A stretch of 64,000 nt of DNA from Candidatus Nomurabacteria bacterium (GCA_943349945.1 CALQZS010000001.1:277953-341952), one strand, 5' to 3'. Shown: positions 16,585 through 25,657, counted from the stretch's first letter. The notes: generated by a model not told the origin, from the letters alone. A program made the numbers and translations.

Positions 16585-18941
16585 AAAAGCGCCTCGTTAT
16601 CCTAGACACGCATGCTATTTTGCACCGCGCGTACCACGCGCTGCCGGACTTTACCTCGGGCAAGGGCGAACCTACAGGAGCCTTGTATGGGTTGGTGTCT
16701 ATGTTGGTCAAAATAATTGCTGACTTTAAGCCCGACTACATCGTGGCGGCTTTCGACTTGCCGGGCGATACGCACCGCCACACTGTATACCAAGACTATA
16801 AGGCGCACCGCGCGCCCACGGACGACGCACTTGTCTCGCAGCTTAAGCGCTCTCGCGAGGTGCTAGACGCGTTGGGTGTGGTGCGCTATGAGTGCGAGGG
16901 ATTTGAGGCCGACGACGTTATAGGCACTATTGCGCAGGAGATGAAGCAGCATGGAGACGTGGATGTGATTATTGCCTCGGGCGATATGGACATGCTGCAG
17001 CTAGTCGACGACGACCGTGTGCGCGTGTTTACGTTTAGAAAAGGCCTCGCCGACACAGTGTTGTATAACGAGGCGGCTATTATCGAGCGATTTGGATTTG
17101 GTCCACTTTCTATACCAGATCTCAAGGGCATCATGGGCGACACGTCAGATAATATTAAAGGGGTGAAGGGTGTGGGTGAGGGAAGCGCATTGAAGCTTAT
17201 AAAAACCTACGGCTCTATAGAGCAGGTGTATGTAGCGCTCAAAACAAAAGGGGTTGAGGCTGTGGCAGAGGAATCTGGGATACAAAAACGGTTTGCGCAG
17301 CTGATGTTTGATAATGAAAAAGATGCGCTGTTTTCCAAAATGCTGGCCGAAATTCGCCGTGATGCACCTATAGCCTTTGCGCTACCGACAGAGGAGTGGG
17401 CACAAACCGTATCGCCACAAAAAGTGTTAGCCATGATGGCGGAGTTTGATTTTAAATCGCTGTTGCCGCGTATTAAAAAACTGCTTGAACCAGAGCTGTT
17501 TGACCAATACGTGCAAGACGAGCCGGCTCAGGAGACCCCAGCGGTACCACAAGAAGACGTAGAGCCGCTGGCTTTGGCGGTGTGGGTGCTCGACTCTAAT
17601 GCAACAGAGCCAACGCTCGACGACATATACCGGGTGGGGAAGAGTACAGAGTTTAGTGAAGCAAGAAAAAATATTTTGGCCGATATTGCCGCAAAGGAGT
17701 TGTCGTTTGTATATGAACACATCGAGCTACCACTTGCGCCCGTGTTGCGTAGTATGGAGAAAGTAGGTATCGCGGTTGATAGTGGGTTTTTGCGCACATT
17801 GGCGACACAGTACAACAGCGAGCTAGAGAAAATTGCCGCACGCATTTTTGCAGCAGCTGGGCAAGAATTCAATATTAATTCGCCAAAACAGTTGGGCGAC
17901 GTGCTGTTCGACAAGTTGGGGCTTGCGGTCAAAAATCAAAAAAAGACAGCCGGCGGACAACGCTCCACCCGCGAGTCTGAGCTGGAGAAGATGCGCGCGC
18001 TGCACCCTATAGTGGGAGATATTTTGGCGCATCGCGAATTGCAAAAACTTCTCTCGACCTACATTAATACACTGCCGACTTTGCTCGACCAAGAGGGACG
18101 TCTGCATACGTCGTATGTGCAAACGGGTACCACCACGGGCCGCTTGTCATCACAAAACCCAAACTTGCAAAATATCCCAATCAAAACCGAACTAGGGCGG
18201 GCAATACGACACGCGTTTGTAGCAGGCGAGGGGATGCAACTGTTGTCTTTTGACTACTCACAAATCGAACTGCGTATAGCGGCGTTTCTCTCGGGGGACG
18301 AAACGCTGATAGATATATTTAAAAACGGCCGAGACGTGCACACGGAGGTGGCTATGCGCGTCTTCCACATTGAGGCAGCAGAGGTAACCTACGAGCAACG
18401 TCGCCGGGCAAAGGTGATTAACTTCGGCATTTTGTATGGCATGGGGGTGAATGCGCTTAAAGATTCGCTGGGAACAGAGCGCAAAGAAGCACAGGTTTTT
18501 TATGATCAATATTTCGCTGCCTTCCCTCGGTTGGCTGCGTATTTGGAAGAGACAAAGGCGGACGCAGCACGTCTTGGGTATACACAAACGTACTTTGGCC
18601 GTCGCCGCTATTTTGACGGTATCAAGTCACCCATACCGTATGTGCGGGCAGCTGCAGAGCGCATGGCGATTAATGCACCGGTGCAAGGAACAGCAGCCGA
18701 CATTATTAAGCTTGCGATGGTGGAGATTGGCGCGTGGGTACAGGCTCAGCAAGATGACGTGCGGCTTCTGCTCCAAGTACACGACGAATTGGTGTTTGAG
18801 GTGGCAAAGGACAAGATAGGAGCTTCGAGCGAACATATTAAAACCATGATGGAAAACGTGCTCCCAAAAGAAAAATGCCCCGTGCCACTTACGGTGGAGG
18901 GTAAGGTAGGGGAGAATTGGGGCGATATGAAGCCGCTATGA
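16581..18941 (+). CDS. polA: DNA polymerase I (5'-3' exonuclease + polymerase domains)
   Basis: N-terminal FEN-like domain; polymerase motifs '..RLSSQNPNLQNIPI..' and '..VHDELVFE..'. Confidence 0.9.
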   Translation: MKKRLVILDTHAILHRAYHALPDFTSGKGEPTGALYGLVSMLVKIIADFKPDYIVAAFDLPGDTHRHTVYQDYKAHRAPTDDALVSQLKRSREVLDALGVVRYECEGFEADDVIGTIAQEMKQHGDVDVIIASGDMDMLQLVDDDRVRVFTFRKGLADTVLYNEAAIIERFGFGPLSIPDLKGIMGDTSDNIKGVKGVGEGSALKLIKTYGSIEQVYVALKTKGVEAVAEESGIQKRFAQLMFDNEKDALFSKMLAEIRRDAPIAFALPTEEWAQTVSPQKVLAMMAEFDFKSLLPRIKKLLEPELFDQYVQDEPAQETPAVPQEDVEPLALAVWVLDSNATEPTLDDIYRVGKSTEFSEARKNILADIAAKELSFVYEHIELPLAPVLRSMEKVGIAVDSGFLRTLATQYNSELEKIAARIFAAAGQEFNINSPKQLGDVLFDKLGLAVKNQKKTAGGQRSTRESELEKMRALHPIVGDILAHRELQKLLSTYINTLPTLLDQEGRLHTSYVQTGTTTGRLSSQNPNLQNIPIKTELGRAIRHAFVAGEGMQLLSFDYSQIELRIAAFLSGDETLIDIFKNGRDVHTEVAMRVFHIEAAEVTYEQRRRAKVINFGILYGMGVNALKDSLGTERKEAQVFYDQYFAAFPRLAAYLEETKADAARLGYTQTYFGRRRYFDGIKSPIPYVRAAAERMAINAPVQGTAADIIKLAMVEIGAWVQAQQDDVRLLLQVHDELVFEVAKDKIGASSEHIKTMMENVLPKEKCPVPLTVEGKVGENWGDMKPL

Positions 18942-19522
18942 TACGAGTTGTCGTAGGTGCACAGGTACAAGGCGAAGAGTTGCGCTGGGAAACAACACCT
19001 GTTGAGGAGGTGGCTACACTGGCGTCTACAGCTTCTTTGCTTGGCGACACAAGGGTGTTTGTGCTCTCGGGCGCGCTCTCTGGCGAGCAGGCGGATGAGT
19101 TTTTTGACTTGGTGCCGGGACTAGTGCAGTCGCCACACACGTTCATATTTGTCGAAGAATCTTTACTTAAAAAACAAATCGACCGGCTGGCAAAGCAAGG
19201 GGTGGTGGCGGAAGTGTCGCCCAAACAAGCTCCAGCAGAAGAGCCTTTTTCTATTTTTGCCTTAGCAAATACGTTTGCTGTGCGCGATCGCAAAAAGCTT
19301 TGGCTGCTTTTTGCTGAAGCGCAGCGCAAAGAGGTGGCGCCCGAGGCTGTGGCCGGCATGCTGCACTGGAAGGTGCGTGACTTGCTTGCAAAAGGTGGCG
19401 GCAAGTACCAAAAGAATGAATTAGTGCAGCTGTCTCGGCAACTTGTGACTATGTATCACGATGCACACCGCGGTTTGGGTGCGCTCGACCTCTTGCTTGA
19501 GCGATTTATATTGCGGTTATAA
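18917..19522 (+). CDS. holA: probable DNA polymerase III delta subunit (short HolA-like)
   Basis: Weak similarity of '..FALANTFAVRDRKKLWLLF..' to HolA; position immediately after polA; low certainty. Confidence 0.35.
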   Translation: MGRYEAAMIRVVVGAQVQGEELRWETTPVEEVATLASTASLLGDTRVFVLSGALSGEQADEFFDLVPGLVQSPHTFIFVEESLLKKQIDRLAKQGVVAEVSPKQAPAEEPFSIFALANTFAVRDRKKLWLLFAEAQRKEVAPEAVAGMLHWKVRDLLAKGGGKYQKNELVQLSRQLVTMYHDAHRGLGALDLLLERFILRL

Positions 19523-19532
19523 TAAAAACACT

Positions 19533-20231
19533 ATGCATCATATAAAAGCTTTTCTTATAACAGTAGTTATTCTTTGTTTTGCGGCTGTGGGCGGCGCCAT
19601 GCTTGCAGGGTTGGGGCTCATCCCGCAACCTATATATTCTTTTTTGTATGAAATAGAAAAAAGTTTGGGGCTCGGCGGCGAGTCGGACATTCCAGCGTTG
19701 CAAAAATTTGAAGGCTACTGGTATGTGGCATTTGTACCCACGATAGAGGAGTCAGAGTTGGGTTCGTGTACGAGCGTTGCGGGCAACCTGCGGGTGCATA
19801 ACGGCATGTTTTCTGGATCCATCGGGCCGTTCGGTTCGTCTGTTGGGGTGCGGGCCAGTACTACAGAAAACGGCACGGTGTCGGGCGTTTTTTCTGCTGC
19901 GGGGATACATCGCGCCACCATCAGTGGGAGAATTCGCGACCAGTTTGGGACGGGTACGTGGGTTGATAACTACGAGTGTCGCGGCACCATTGCGTTTACC
20001 AAACTCGAGCCAGTGGTGGACCCAGTGCAGGGCCACATAACGCAGTTTAGTGGGGAGGTGACGTTGTTCCGCGGCGGTGTGCCGCGTTGGGCTATTGCGG
20101 GGCAACCGCTGTATGTAGGGGACAGAGTAGAGGTGGGAACCAACAGCGAGGCCTTGGTTACCATGGTGCAGAGTGGCAAAACCACCGTCCCAGCAGGTAC
20201 CGGCTTTACCGTCCCCGAGCCCATTAAATAG
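19533..20231 (+). CDS. membrane-anchored protein with FecR-like beta domain
   Basis: N-terminal TM (MHHIKAFLITVVILCFAAVGGAML); C-terminal '..GEVTLFRGGV..LYVGDRVEVGTNSEALVTMVQSG..' resembling FecR/anti-sigma sensor domains. Confidence 0.4.
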   Translation: MHHIKAFLITVVILCFAAVGGAMLAGLGLIPQPIYSFLYEIEKSLGLGGESDIPALQKFEGYWYVAFVPTIEESELGSCTSVAGNLRVHNGMFSGSIGPFGSSVGVRASTTENGTVSGVFSAAGIHRATISGRIRDQFGTGTWVDNYECRGTIAFTKLEPVVDPVQGHITQFSGEVTLFRGGVPRWAIAGQPLYVGDRVEVGTNSEALVTMVQSGKTTVPAGTGFTVPEPIK

Positions 20232-20349
20232 GTTTACGAAGGTTTGTTTTTTTTGTCATCACAACTCTCACCCTCGCCGACGCTCGGGTTCGGTCGCGAT
20301 CCCGCCTCGCGGTCTCGTCTGCTGACTCGACATCGCTCCGGCTCGGACA

Positions 20350-20390
20350 AAAGCAGAAAACCTGCCGCAGGGCAGGTGTTTCTGACTTTT
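20350..20390. terminator. hairpin terminator downstream of tRNA-Lys (bidirectional with the FecR-like gene)
   Basis: 'cctgccgcagggcagg' stem-loop flanked by T-rich runs on both strands. Confidence 0.5.
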
Positions 20391-20391
20391 G

Positions 20392-20464
20392 TCCGCCCAC
20401 CAGGATTCGAACCTGGGACCATCTCCTTAAAAGGGAGCTGCTCTACCAACTGAGCTATGGGCGG
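20392..20464 (-). tRNA. tRNA-Lys (anticodon UUU)
   Basis: Manual fold: acceptor CCGCCCA/TGGGCGG, D-arm GCTC-AGTTGGTA-GAGC, anticodon loop CTTTTAA, T-arm CCAGG-TTCGAAT-CCTGG, discriminator A, no encoded CCA. Confidence 0.85.
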
Positions 20465-20597
20465 GAAGTGAGGAAGGAAAGAAAATCTATATTCTTTCTG
20501 CCCCGAACGACCGGCCATATCCTTCGATATGGGCGGATATGCTGCACTATAGCAAAAGAAAGGGTTTTTGCGAATGCTTTATTTTTTAGCGACTAGG

Positions 20598-21083
20598 CTA
20601 TGTACGTGGATGGGTGAGTACGAACAACGCCACGCCTGTGGCGACGCTCACGTTGAGTGACTCTTTTTTGCCACGCATGGGGATTTCTACAATCACTTCT
20701 GCTTGTGCAAGTAGGGCAGGGGACACGCCGTCTACCTCGTTGCCTACAAGCAGGGCTACTGGTTTGTGTGTGGGGTTGTGTGTAGATGTTTGGAAATCAA
20801 ATATGTTTACGGAGTTTGGCGCTTGCTCGAGTGCTGCGATGCAGTACCCGGCCTTTTGCAAACTTTTCAGCATTGCCTCCGGAGTTTCTACATATTCCCA
20901 TGGCACACTGTCCTCGGCACCAAGCGATACCTTTGCAAAGTCGGTGCGCTTGCGGCCAAAACGATCTAGTGGAGTTGGCGTATAGCCAGACAGGATAATT
21001 TTTTCGACTCCGGCTGCGTCGGCAGTACGGAACATCGACCCTGTGTTGTGGACGCTGCGTATGTTGTGGAGTATGAGGATCAC
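20598..21083 (-). CDS. SpoU/TrmH-family RNA 2'-O-methyltransferase
   Basis: SPOUT motifs '..RSVHNTGSMFRTADAAGV..' and C-terminal '..EIPMRGKKESLNVSVATGVALF'. Confidence 0.75.
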   Translation of the reverse strand: MILILHNIRSVHNTGSMFRTADAAGVEKIILSGYTPTPLDRFGRKRTDFAKVSLGAEDSVPWEYVETPEAMLKSLQKAGYCIAALEQAPNSVNIFDFQTSTHNPTHKPVALLVGNEVDGVSPALLAQAEVIVEIPMRGKKESLNVSVATGVALFVLTHPRT

Positions 21084-21095
21084 CCCACTGTTGTA

Positions 21096-21497
21096 CTACA
21101 AAGGCAAATCAAACGCGAGTGCACCTGCCCCTGTGAGTAGTAGTGCCAAACATATAGCGCCAAGCAACACATAGGTGCTGCGTGCGAGTGGTGCGATGTG
21201 TTGTAAGCTGCGGCGGATGAGCGACGTTTTGATGGCAATGGCTGCGCCCACAAGCGCGGCTACTTGTGTGTATATCCCAAAGAAAAGCCCCACAGCGACG
21301 AGCATTTCAAAAATGACATAAAAAGACGCGGCCACTGCGGCAATAGCTGGGGTGAGTATAGACATCTCTGACGCAACTTCGCTCCGATTGCGGAAGTGGT
21401 GTACCCCCAAGTAGGCAAACAAAAAAGCGGCAGCAATGCGCAGCAGGGTGGGGGCCAAAATAGCGTAGTCGAGCAGTGCAGGTAGTGGGGTAAGCAT
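21096..21497 (-). CDS. DoxX-like small membrane protein
   Basis: Four hydrophobic helices, ~134 aa from the 'MLTPLPALL' start. Confidence 0.45.
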   Translation of the reverse strand: MLTPLPALLDYAILAPTLLRIAAAFLFAYLGVHHFRNRSEVASEMSILTPAIAAVAASFYVIFEMLVAVGLFFGIYTQVAALVGAAIAIKTSLIRRSLQHIAPLARSTYVLLGAICLALLLTGAGALAFDLPL

Positions 21498-21499
21498 AA

Positions 21500-21703
21500 T
21501 TATTGTGTTTGTTCTGTGTTTAGTGGCTCGGGGTTGTAGGGCTGCCCGTCGCCCAGAGGTGGTGGAGGTGCAACTAGTAGGCCGCCTTCGCCGTTGTATG
21601 ATGCGCCCCGCATCCACCACAGTACACCAAGGACAAAGAGTATGCCGAGTATAAAAAATACTGGCTCGTATGGGCTGCCTGCGGGTGCTTTGTCGTCTGC
21701 CAT
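21500..21703 (-). CDS. hypothetical small single-TM protein with proline-rich tail
   Basis: 67-aa ORF, TM 'VFFILGILFVLGVLWW', 'PPPPLGDGQPYNPEP' tail; weak. Confidence 0.3.
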   Translation of the reverse strand: MADDKAPAGSPYEPVFFILGILFVLGVLWWMRGASYNGEGGLLVAPPPPLGDGQPYNPEPLNTEQTQ

Positions 21704-21712
21704 ACCTTTATC

Positions 21713-22975
21713 CTACCGTACCGCAGGTTTTTTGTGCAGGAGTTTATCCAGCTCTTCTTCGGCGACTACTTTGTCGCTCCATTGCTGCTTGCTGCCGCCG
21801 GGCCCCATGATGTATGGGTCGGTGCCTTTGCCTGTAATAAGCACCACGTCACCCTCTGTTGCCTCGCGCAGTGCCTCGTGTATGGCAGTACGGCGGTCGA
21901 GGATAATAAATGGTTTGTGTTTGGTTATACCTGCGGCAATTGCGTCAACGATGTCTTTGGGGTCTTCGTCGTACGGGTCTTCATTGGCCAGGATGATGAC
22001 GTCGCACAACTCGTCGGCTATTTTACCCATCTCTGGACGCTTCCACTGGTCGCGGCCGCCACCAGTTGAACCCATGATGCAAATAAGGCGGCGGCCAGCG
22101 TTTGGCAGGCGGTACGTCTCGAACAATGCGCGAAGCGAGTCTGGGGTGTGCGCATAGTCCACAATGACCGCAAACTTTTGCCCGCGCGAGACACGCTCGG
22201 CACGGCCGGCAATAGGGCGCACATGTTCGAGCGCACGCTGCATGGTCTGGCGGGGTATACGCAGTGCGTCGCCTAGTGCAAGTGCCGCGAGGATATTTTT
22301 GAGGCTAAAGAGCCCAGGTAGTGGTGCGGTAAAGAGCTCTCCTTTTTTGAATAAAAAGCGCACGCTGGTGTCGTCTACGGTGTATGGATCGGCATCTGCC
22401 AAACTAAAAGGTGCGTGCACCTCGACCTCTGCGTCTAAAAACGCCTGGCCGTAGGCATCATCCAAGTTGGCCACAACATAGCGGGGGCGTTTGGGTGACT
22501 CTTCAAGGTGTGTGGCGAGCGACAATTTAGCTGCAGCGTACGCCTCTAGGCTACCGTGCGACTCCAAGTGTTCGGGCTGCAGGTTGGTAAATATAAGCGC
22601 GTCTAAGTCTATGGCTTTGTGGCGGAACTGCCGCGCGCCTTCGGAGGTCATCTCGATTACGGCGTGGGTGCAGCCAGCGTCGAGTGCTTTGCGCAAAAAG
22701 CGCTGCAAGTATGCCCGGCCGGGCATGGTCATTTTAAACTTGTTTGGCTCGCTCTCGTCGCCTATAGCAAAGCGTATGGTCGAGGCGAGTGCCACTTTGT
22801 GGCCGGCTTCTGTAAGGATGGCGCGCACCAACTCGCTGGTGGTCGATTTGCCCTTGGTACCGGTAATAGCAACCACAAACAAGTGCCGGGACGGAAAGCG
22901 GTAGAGCGCCGCACCTGCATATGCAAAGAGTAGGTGGTAGAGGTCGAGTAGTTTTTTGGGTAATAGTTTTTTCAT
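21713..22975 (-). CDS. Mur-ligase-family protein, MurE-like central and C-terminal domains but essentially no N-terminal UDP-binding domain
   Basis: P-loop 'AITGTKGKSTT' at residue ~47; MurE-like 'VDYAHTPDSL' motif; 'GKGTDPY'. The MurE 'DNPR' DAP-recognition motif is replaced by 'NEDPY'. Confidence 0.6.
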   Translation of the reverse strand: MKKLLPKKLLDLYHLLFAYAGAALYRFPSRHLFVVAITGTKGKSTTSELVRAILTEAGHKVALASTIRFAIGDESEPNKFKMTMPGRAYLQRFLRKALDAGCTHAVIEMTSEGARQFRHKAIDLDALIFTNLQPEHLESHGSLEAYAAAKLSLATHLEESPKRPRYVVANLDDAYGQAFLDAEVEVHAPFSLADADPYTVDDTSVRFLFKKGELFTAPLPGLFSLKNILAALALGDALRIPRQTMQRALEHVRPIAGRAERVSRGQKFAVIVDYAHTPDSLRALFETYRLPNAGRRLICIMGSTGGGRDQWKRPEMGKIADELCDVIILANEDPYDEDPKDIVDAIAAGITKHKPFIILDRRTAIHEALREATEGDVVLITGKGTDPYIMGPGGSKQQWSDKVVAEEELDKLLHKKPAVR

Positions 22976-23547
22976 CGGGTGGGGGTGCCTAAATAGCGCA
23001 GCGCGCTTGCCAAGCGCTCGCGCGTTTCGAGTGCTGGGTCAACTTCTTTGAGTGCGCGGCGAGCCTCGTCGGCTTTGTAGCCCAATGCCATCAATGCCTC
23101 GGCGGCATCGTCGTGCACAGCAGAAGTTGGGTCGGCTGCAACCTCGGTGCCAAGCTTGTCGCGCAGCTCGACAACCATTCGTTCGGCATTTTTCTTGCCT
23201 ATACCAAAGACTTTGGTGAGCGCCGACGCATCGCCCTTTGCTATGGCGCGCTTGAGTGTCTGTGTATCGGCCACGCTCATGATGCCGAGCGCTGTTTTGG
23301 GGCCAATGCCCGAGACGCTCATCAGTTGTTTAAAGAAACGCAGCTCTTCTTGGGTCAAAAAACCGTACAGGTCTATCGCATCATCGCGTACGGCTGTGTG
23401 GATAAAAAGAGATATGTCGCTGCCTGCCTGCCAAGGGGCTTGCCCTGGCTGTGCCGGCAAGCGCACAGTGTAGCCTACGCCGCCCACCTCTATCAAGGTC
23501 ATGCCATCGGAGAGTCCTCCAAAAGTGCCACTGAGCTTGCCTATCAT
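22972..23547 (-). CDS. ruvA: Holliday junction DNA helicase RuvA
   Basis: N-terminal OB-fold 'MIGKLSG..LIEVGGVGYTV', HhH motifs '..SVSGIGPKTALGIMS..'; start trimmed to MIGK (the ORF-track start lies further upstream). Confidence 0.8.
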   Translation of the reverse strand: MIGKLSGTFGGLSDGMTLIEVGGVGYTVRLPAQPGQAPWQAGSDISLFIHTAVRDDAIDLYGFLTQEELRFFKQLMSVSGIGPKTALGIMSVADTQTLKRAIAKGDASALTKVFGIGKKNAERMVVELRDKLGTEVAADPTSAVHDDAAEALMALGYKADEARRALKEVDPALETRERLASALRYLGTPTR

Positions 23548-23641
23548 ATGTCCATCATACTCTAGGCGCACCCCACCCACCAACGGTTTGGTGGGGGAGG
23601 ACTTGTGTTTTTTGGCCGTATTGCGTACTATGCGGCTACAT

Positions 23642-23890
23642 ATGGCAATAACCAAAGGAGCTAAAAAGGCGCATCGCCAGTCTTTGCGCAAAAACGCAAT
23701 GAATAATAAGCGCAAAGACGCTATCCGTGGCGCACTTAAAGGTGCCCGTTTGGCACCAAAAGGCGACAAAGCAGCGCTCGCTGCAGCCTACAAAGCAATC
23801 GACAAAGCCTTGAAGTCGAAGTTGATAAAAAAGAACACTGCTGCACGCCGCAAGGCAAAGGTGGCAAAACTCCTTAAGCCAACAAAATAA
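23642..23890 (+). CDS. rpsT: 30S ribosomal protein S20
   Basis: 'MAITKGAKKAHRQSLRKNAMNNKRK..' basic alpha-helical protein; start refined from the ORF track. Confidence 0.8.
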   Translation: MAITKGAKKAHRQSLRKNAMNNKRKDAIRGALKGARLAPKGDKAALAAAYKAIDKALKSKLIKKNTAARRKAKVAKLLKPTK

Positions 23891-23896
23891 GCTACA

Positions 23897-23925
23897 CAAA
23901 ACCCCGGCAAAAGCCGGGGTTTTGA
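23897..23925. terminator. rho-independent terminator after rpsT
   Basis: 'aaaaccccggc-aaaa-gccggggtttt'. Confidence 0.6.
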
Positions 23926-24135
23926 TTTGGGGAGAACAGCAACCCTTTGAGTTTGTAGAAGTCAGACTTCTACAGGTTGGTTCGGCCGGATCGCCCGCGG
24001 CTCTCGGCTCGTCGTCACTTGCCTCGGCCTGGGCACCGCCTCGCTCCCGCATCTGCTGATGCGGGGCCCGCTCCGGCGTTCGATTCCTGCACGCACGCAA
24101 AACACTTTGCGTGCTCTCTGCACAAACTTTGTTTG

Positions 24136-24207
24136 TGCTCCCGGCAGGAATCGAACCTGCAGCGCCTCCTTCGGAGGGAGGCATTCTATCCATTAAACTA
24201 CGGGAGC
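24136..24207 (-). tRNA. tRNA-Arg (anticodon CCG)
   Basis: Manual fold: acceptor GCTCCCG/CGGGAGC, D-loop AATGGATA, anticodon loop CTCCGAA, T-arm GCAGG-TTCGATT-CCTGC, discriminator A. Confidence 0.85.
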
Positions 24208-24311
24208 GATTTGAGACTCTTTGAGGATACGTAAAAAAAGGGATGAGAGCAACAAAAAATCATCCCCCACTCGCAGCTTAGTGCGGTGGGGGACTTGAGC
24301 GTGGACGGCTA

Positions 24312-24668
24312 CTATTTGGGTGCAGCCGCCGCCATTGTTTCTGCGACGAACTGCATGATTTTGGGGACTTCTGCGGATACTATCCCGAAGAACAGGAGCT
24401 TTTGGACGCTCGCGAACGTATCGAGAGCGGCGCCCTTCGACCTGAACTTGCCGGGCATGCCTTTGAGTGCGTAGACGCTCTCTCCGTCTACGCACTGCTC
24501 GCCGATCACTCGGAGAGGCAAGTCAGGTAGGGGCTGCTGTGCGGAGCCTCGTTGGAAGTCCAATTCGACGGCCACTCCCTGCGCGGGAGAGCAGTCCAGC
24601 GCCATCGCCGGGGTGGCGAGGGCGATCGCCACGATGAGGACGATCAGGAAGTTAGGGATGTAGCGCAC
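24312..24668 (-). CDS. hypothetical small secreted protein
   Basis: 118-aa ORF with signal peptide (..LIVLIVAIALATPAMA). Confidence 0.4.
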   Translation of the reverse strand: MRYIPNFLIVLIVAIALATPAMALDCSPAQGVAVELDFQRGSAQQPLPDLPLRVIGEQCVDGESVYALKGMPGKFRSKGAALDTFASVQKLLFFGIVSAEVPKIMQFVAETMAAAAPK

Positions 24669-24776
24669 TAATAAGTCTCCTTAGTTTAGTTTACGCGTTT
24701 TTTGCACGGAACTGTGCTACTTTTAATTATATACCTTTATTTAATACTTGTCAAGTACATGCGGGGTACCAAAAGC

Positions 24777-25501
24777 CTACTGCACAAAGTGGATGCTTGG
24801 GTGCCCCAGGACACTGGAGATAAAAAAGACAATAGGCACAAGGAGTGGGAGCGCGATAAGAAATGTTGCGGGGATGGCAAGGAGATGGTGGTACAAACGC
24901 ACGGGCTTAAGATTTGCTCGTGCGGGCAGGCAGTAGGCGGGTAGGTAGATCATCAGCCCGTACACAAAAATCCACTGCGCAAATCCAAGCACTTGCATGG
25001 GTCCGCCAAACGACACTTCGGCCAAAATGCCGGTGATGCCAAACAAAACGAACATTGCAAAGGGCTTGAAGTTGTATTTTGACAGGAGCACTGCCCAAGC
25101 GATAAAGAGGGGAATAAAAACAATAACACTGTGGAAGAGTACAAGGTCTATGTAGTTGGTGGTGGCGGTGATGTATGCCTCGCCCAAGTTTGCACCAAAC
25201 AGCGGCGCCATATTGGTGAGCGAGACGGTTAGAGCTTCTTCCGCTAACGCAAGCACTGTAGCAAAAAGCACAAACGTTACTTGCCAGGGTAGGGGGACTT
25301 TTTGCACCCAAGTGCGCACACGGTCGCGGTTTTTGTACATGAGCGTGCCACACACCAGCACCCAGGCACTAAGCAGCCCCCAGCTCATTTTAAGTATGGC
25401 GAGACTGCGCGGGTCGCCCACGGCGGCGGTGAGGAGTGCATTCCAGGCCAATAGCCACAGCCCCAAAAAAACCAAAAACGCTTTTGCAAGAGTTTTTTTC
25501 A
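24777..25501 (-). CDS. hypothetical polytopic membrane protein (start trimmed to MKKTLAKAF so it does not overlap the tRNA)
   Basis: ~7 predicted TM helices; no motif recognised. Confidence 0.5.
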
Positions 25502-25520
25502 TACTACGTAGTATAAACGT

Positions 25521-25548
25521 AAAAAATGCACCACGTGGTGCATTTTTT
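25521..25548. terminator. perfect hairpin terminator downstream of tRNA-Arg
   Basis: 'aaaaaatgcaccacgtggtgcatttttt', a symmetrical GC stem flanked by A and T runs. Confidence 0.6.
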
Positions 25549-25559
25549 ACTAGTCTTGG

Positions 25560-25631
25560 TGCTCCCGGCAGGAATCGAACCCACATTGCATCCTCCGCAA
25601 GGATGCGTCCTATCCATTGAACGACGGGAGC
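25560..25631 (-). tRNA. tRNA-Arg, anticodon read as GCG (unusual; bacteria normally use ACG)
   Basis: Manual fold: acceptor GCTCCCG/CGGGAGC, D-loop AATGGATA, anticodon stem CATCC/GGATG with loop TTGCGGA, T-arm GTGGG-TTCGATT-CCTGC, discriminator A. Confidence 0.7.
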
Positions 25632-25657
25632 TTGTTAGTAACTTACAACAGATATGC

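Noticed and set aside
20234-20518. ORF-track ORFs (20234-20518 minus, 20244-20453 plus) overlapping the tRNA-Lys locus
   Set aside because: They are fully explained by the tRNA-Lys gene and its terminator or trailer repeat. The translations are low-complexity with no motifs.
24060-24092. Plus-strand 'ggcgttcgattcctgc' as a pseudo-tRNA or second tRNA gene
   Set aside because: Only a 12-13-nt T-arm-like match. Flanking sequence does not fold into acceptor or D arms. It is interpreted instead as part of the trailer repeat downstream of the genuine minus-strand tRNA-Arg.
24777-25586. ORF-track start of the membrane-protein gene at 25586, overlapping tRNA-Arg (25560-25631)
   Set aside because: An internal Met (MKKTLAKAF, 25501) preceded by the terminator hairpin gives a non-overlapping gene. 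The upstream extension would have to be translated through a tRNA and a terminator.
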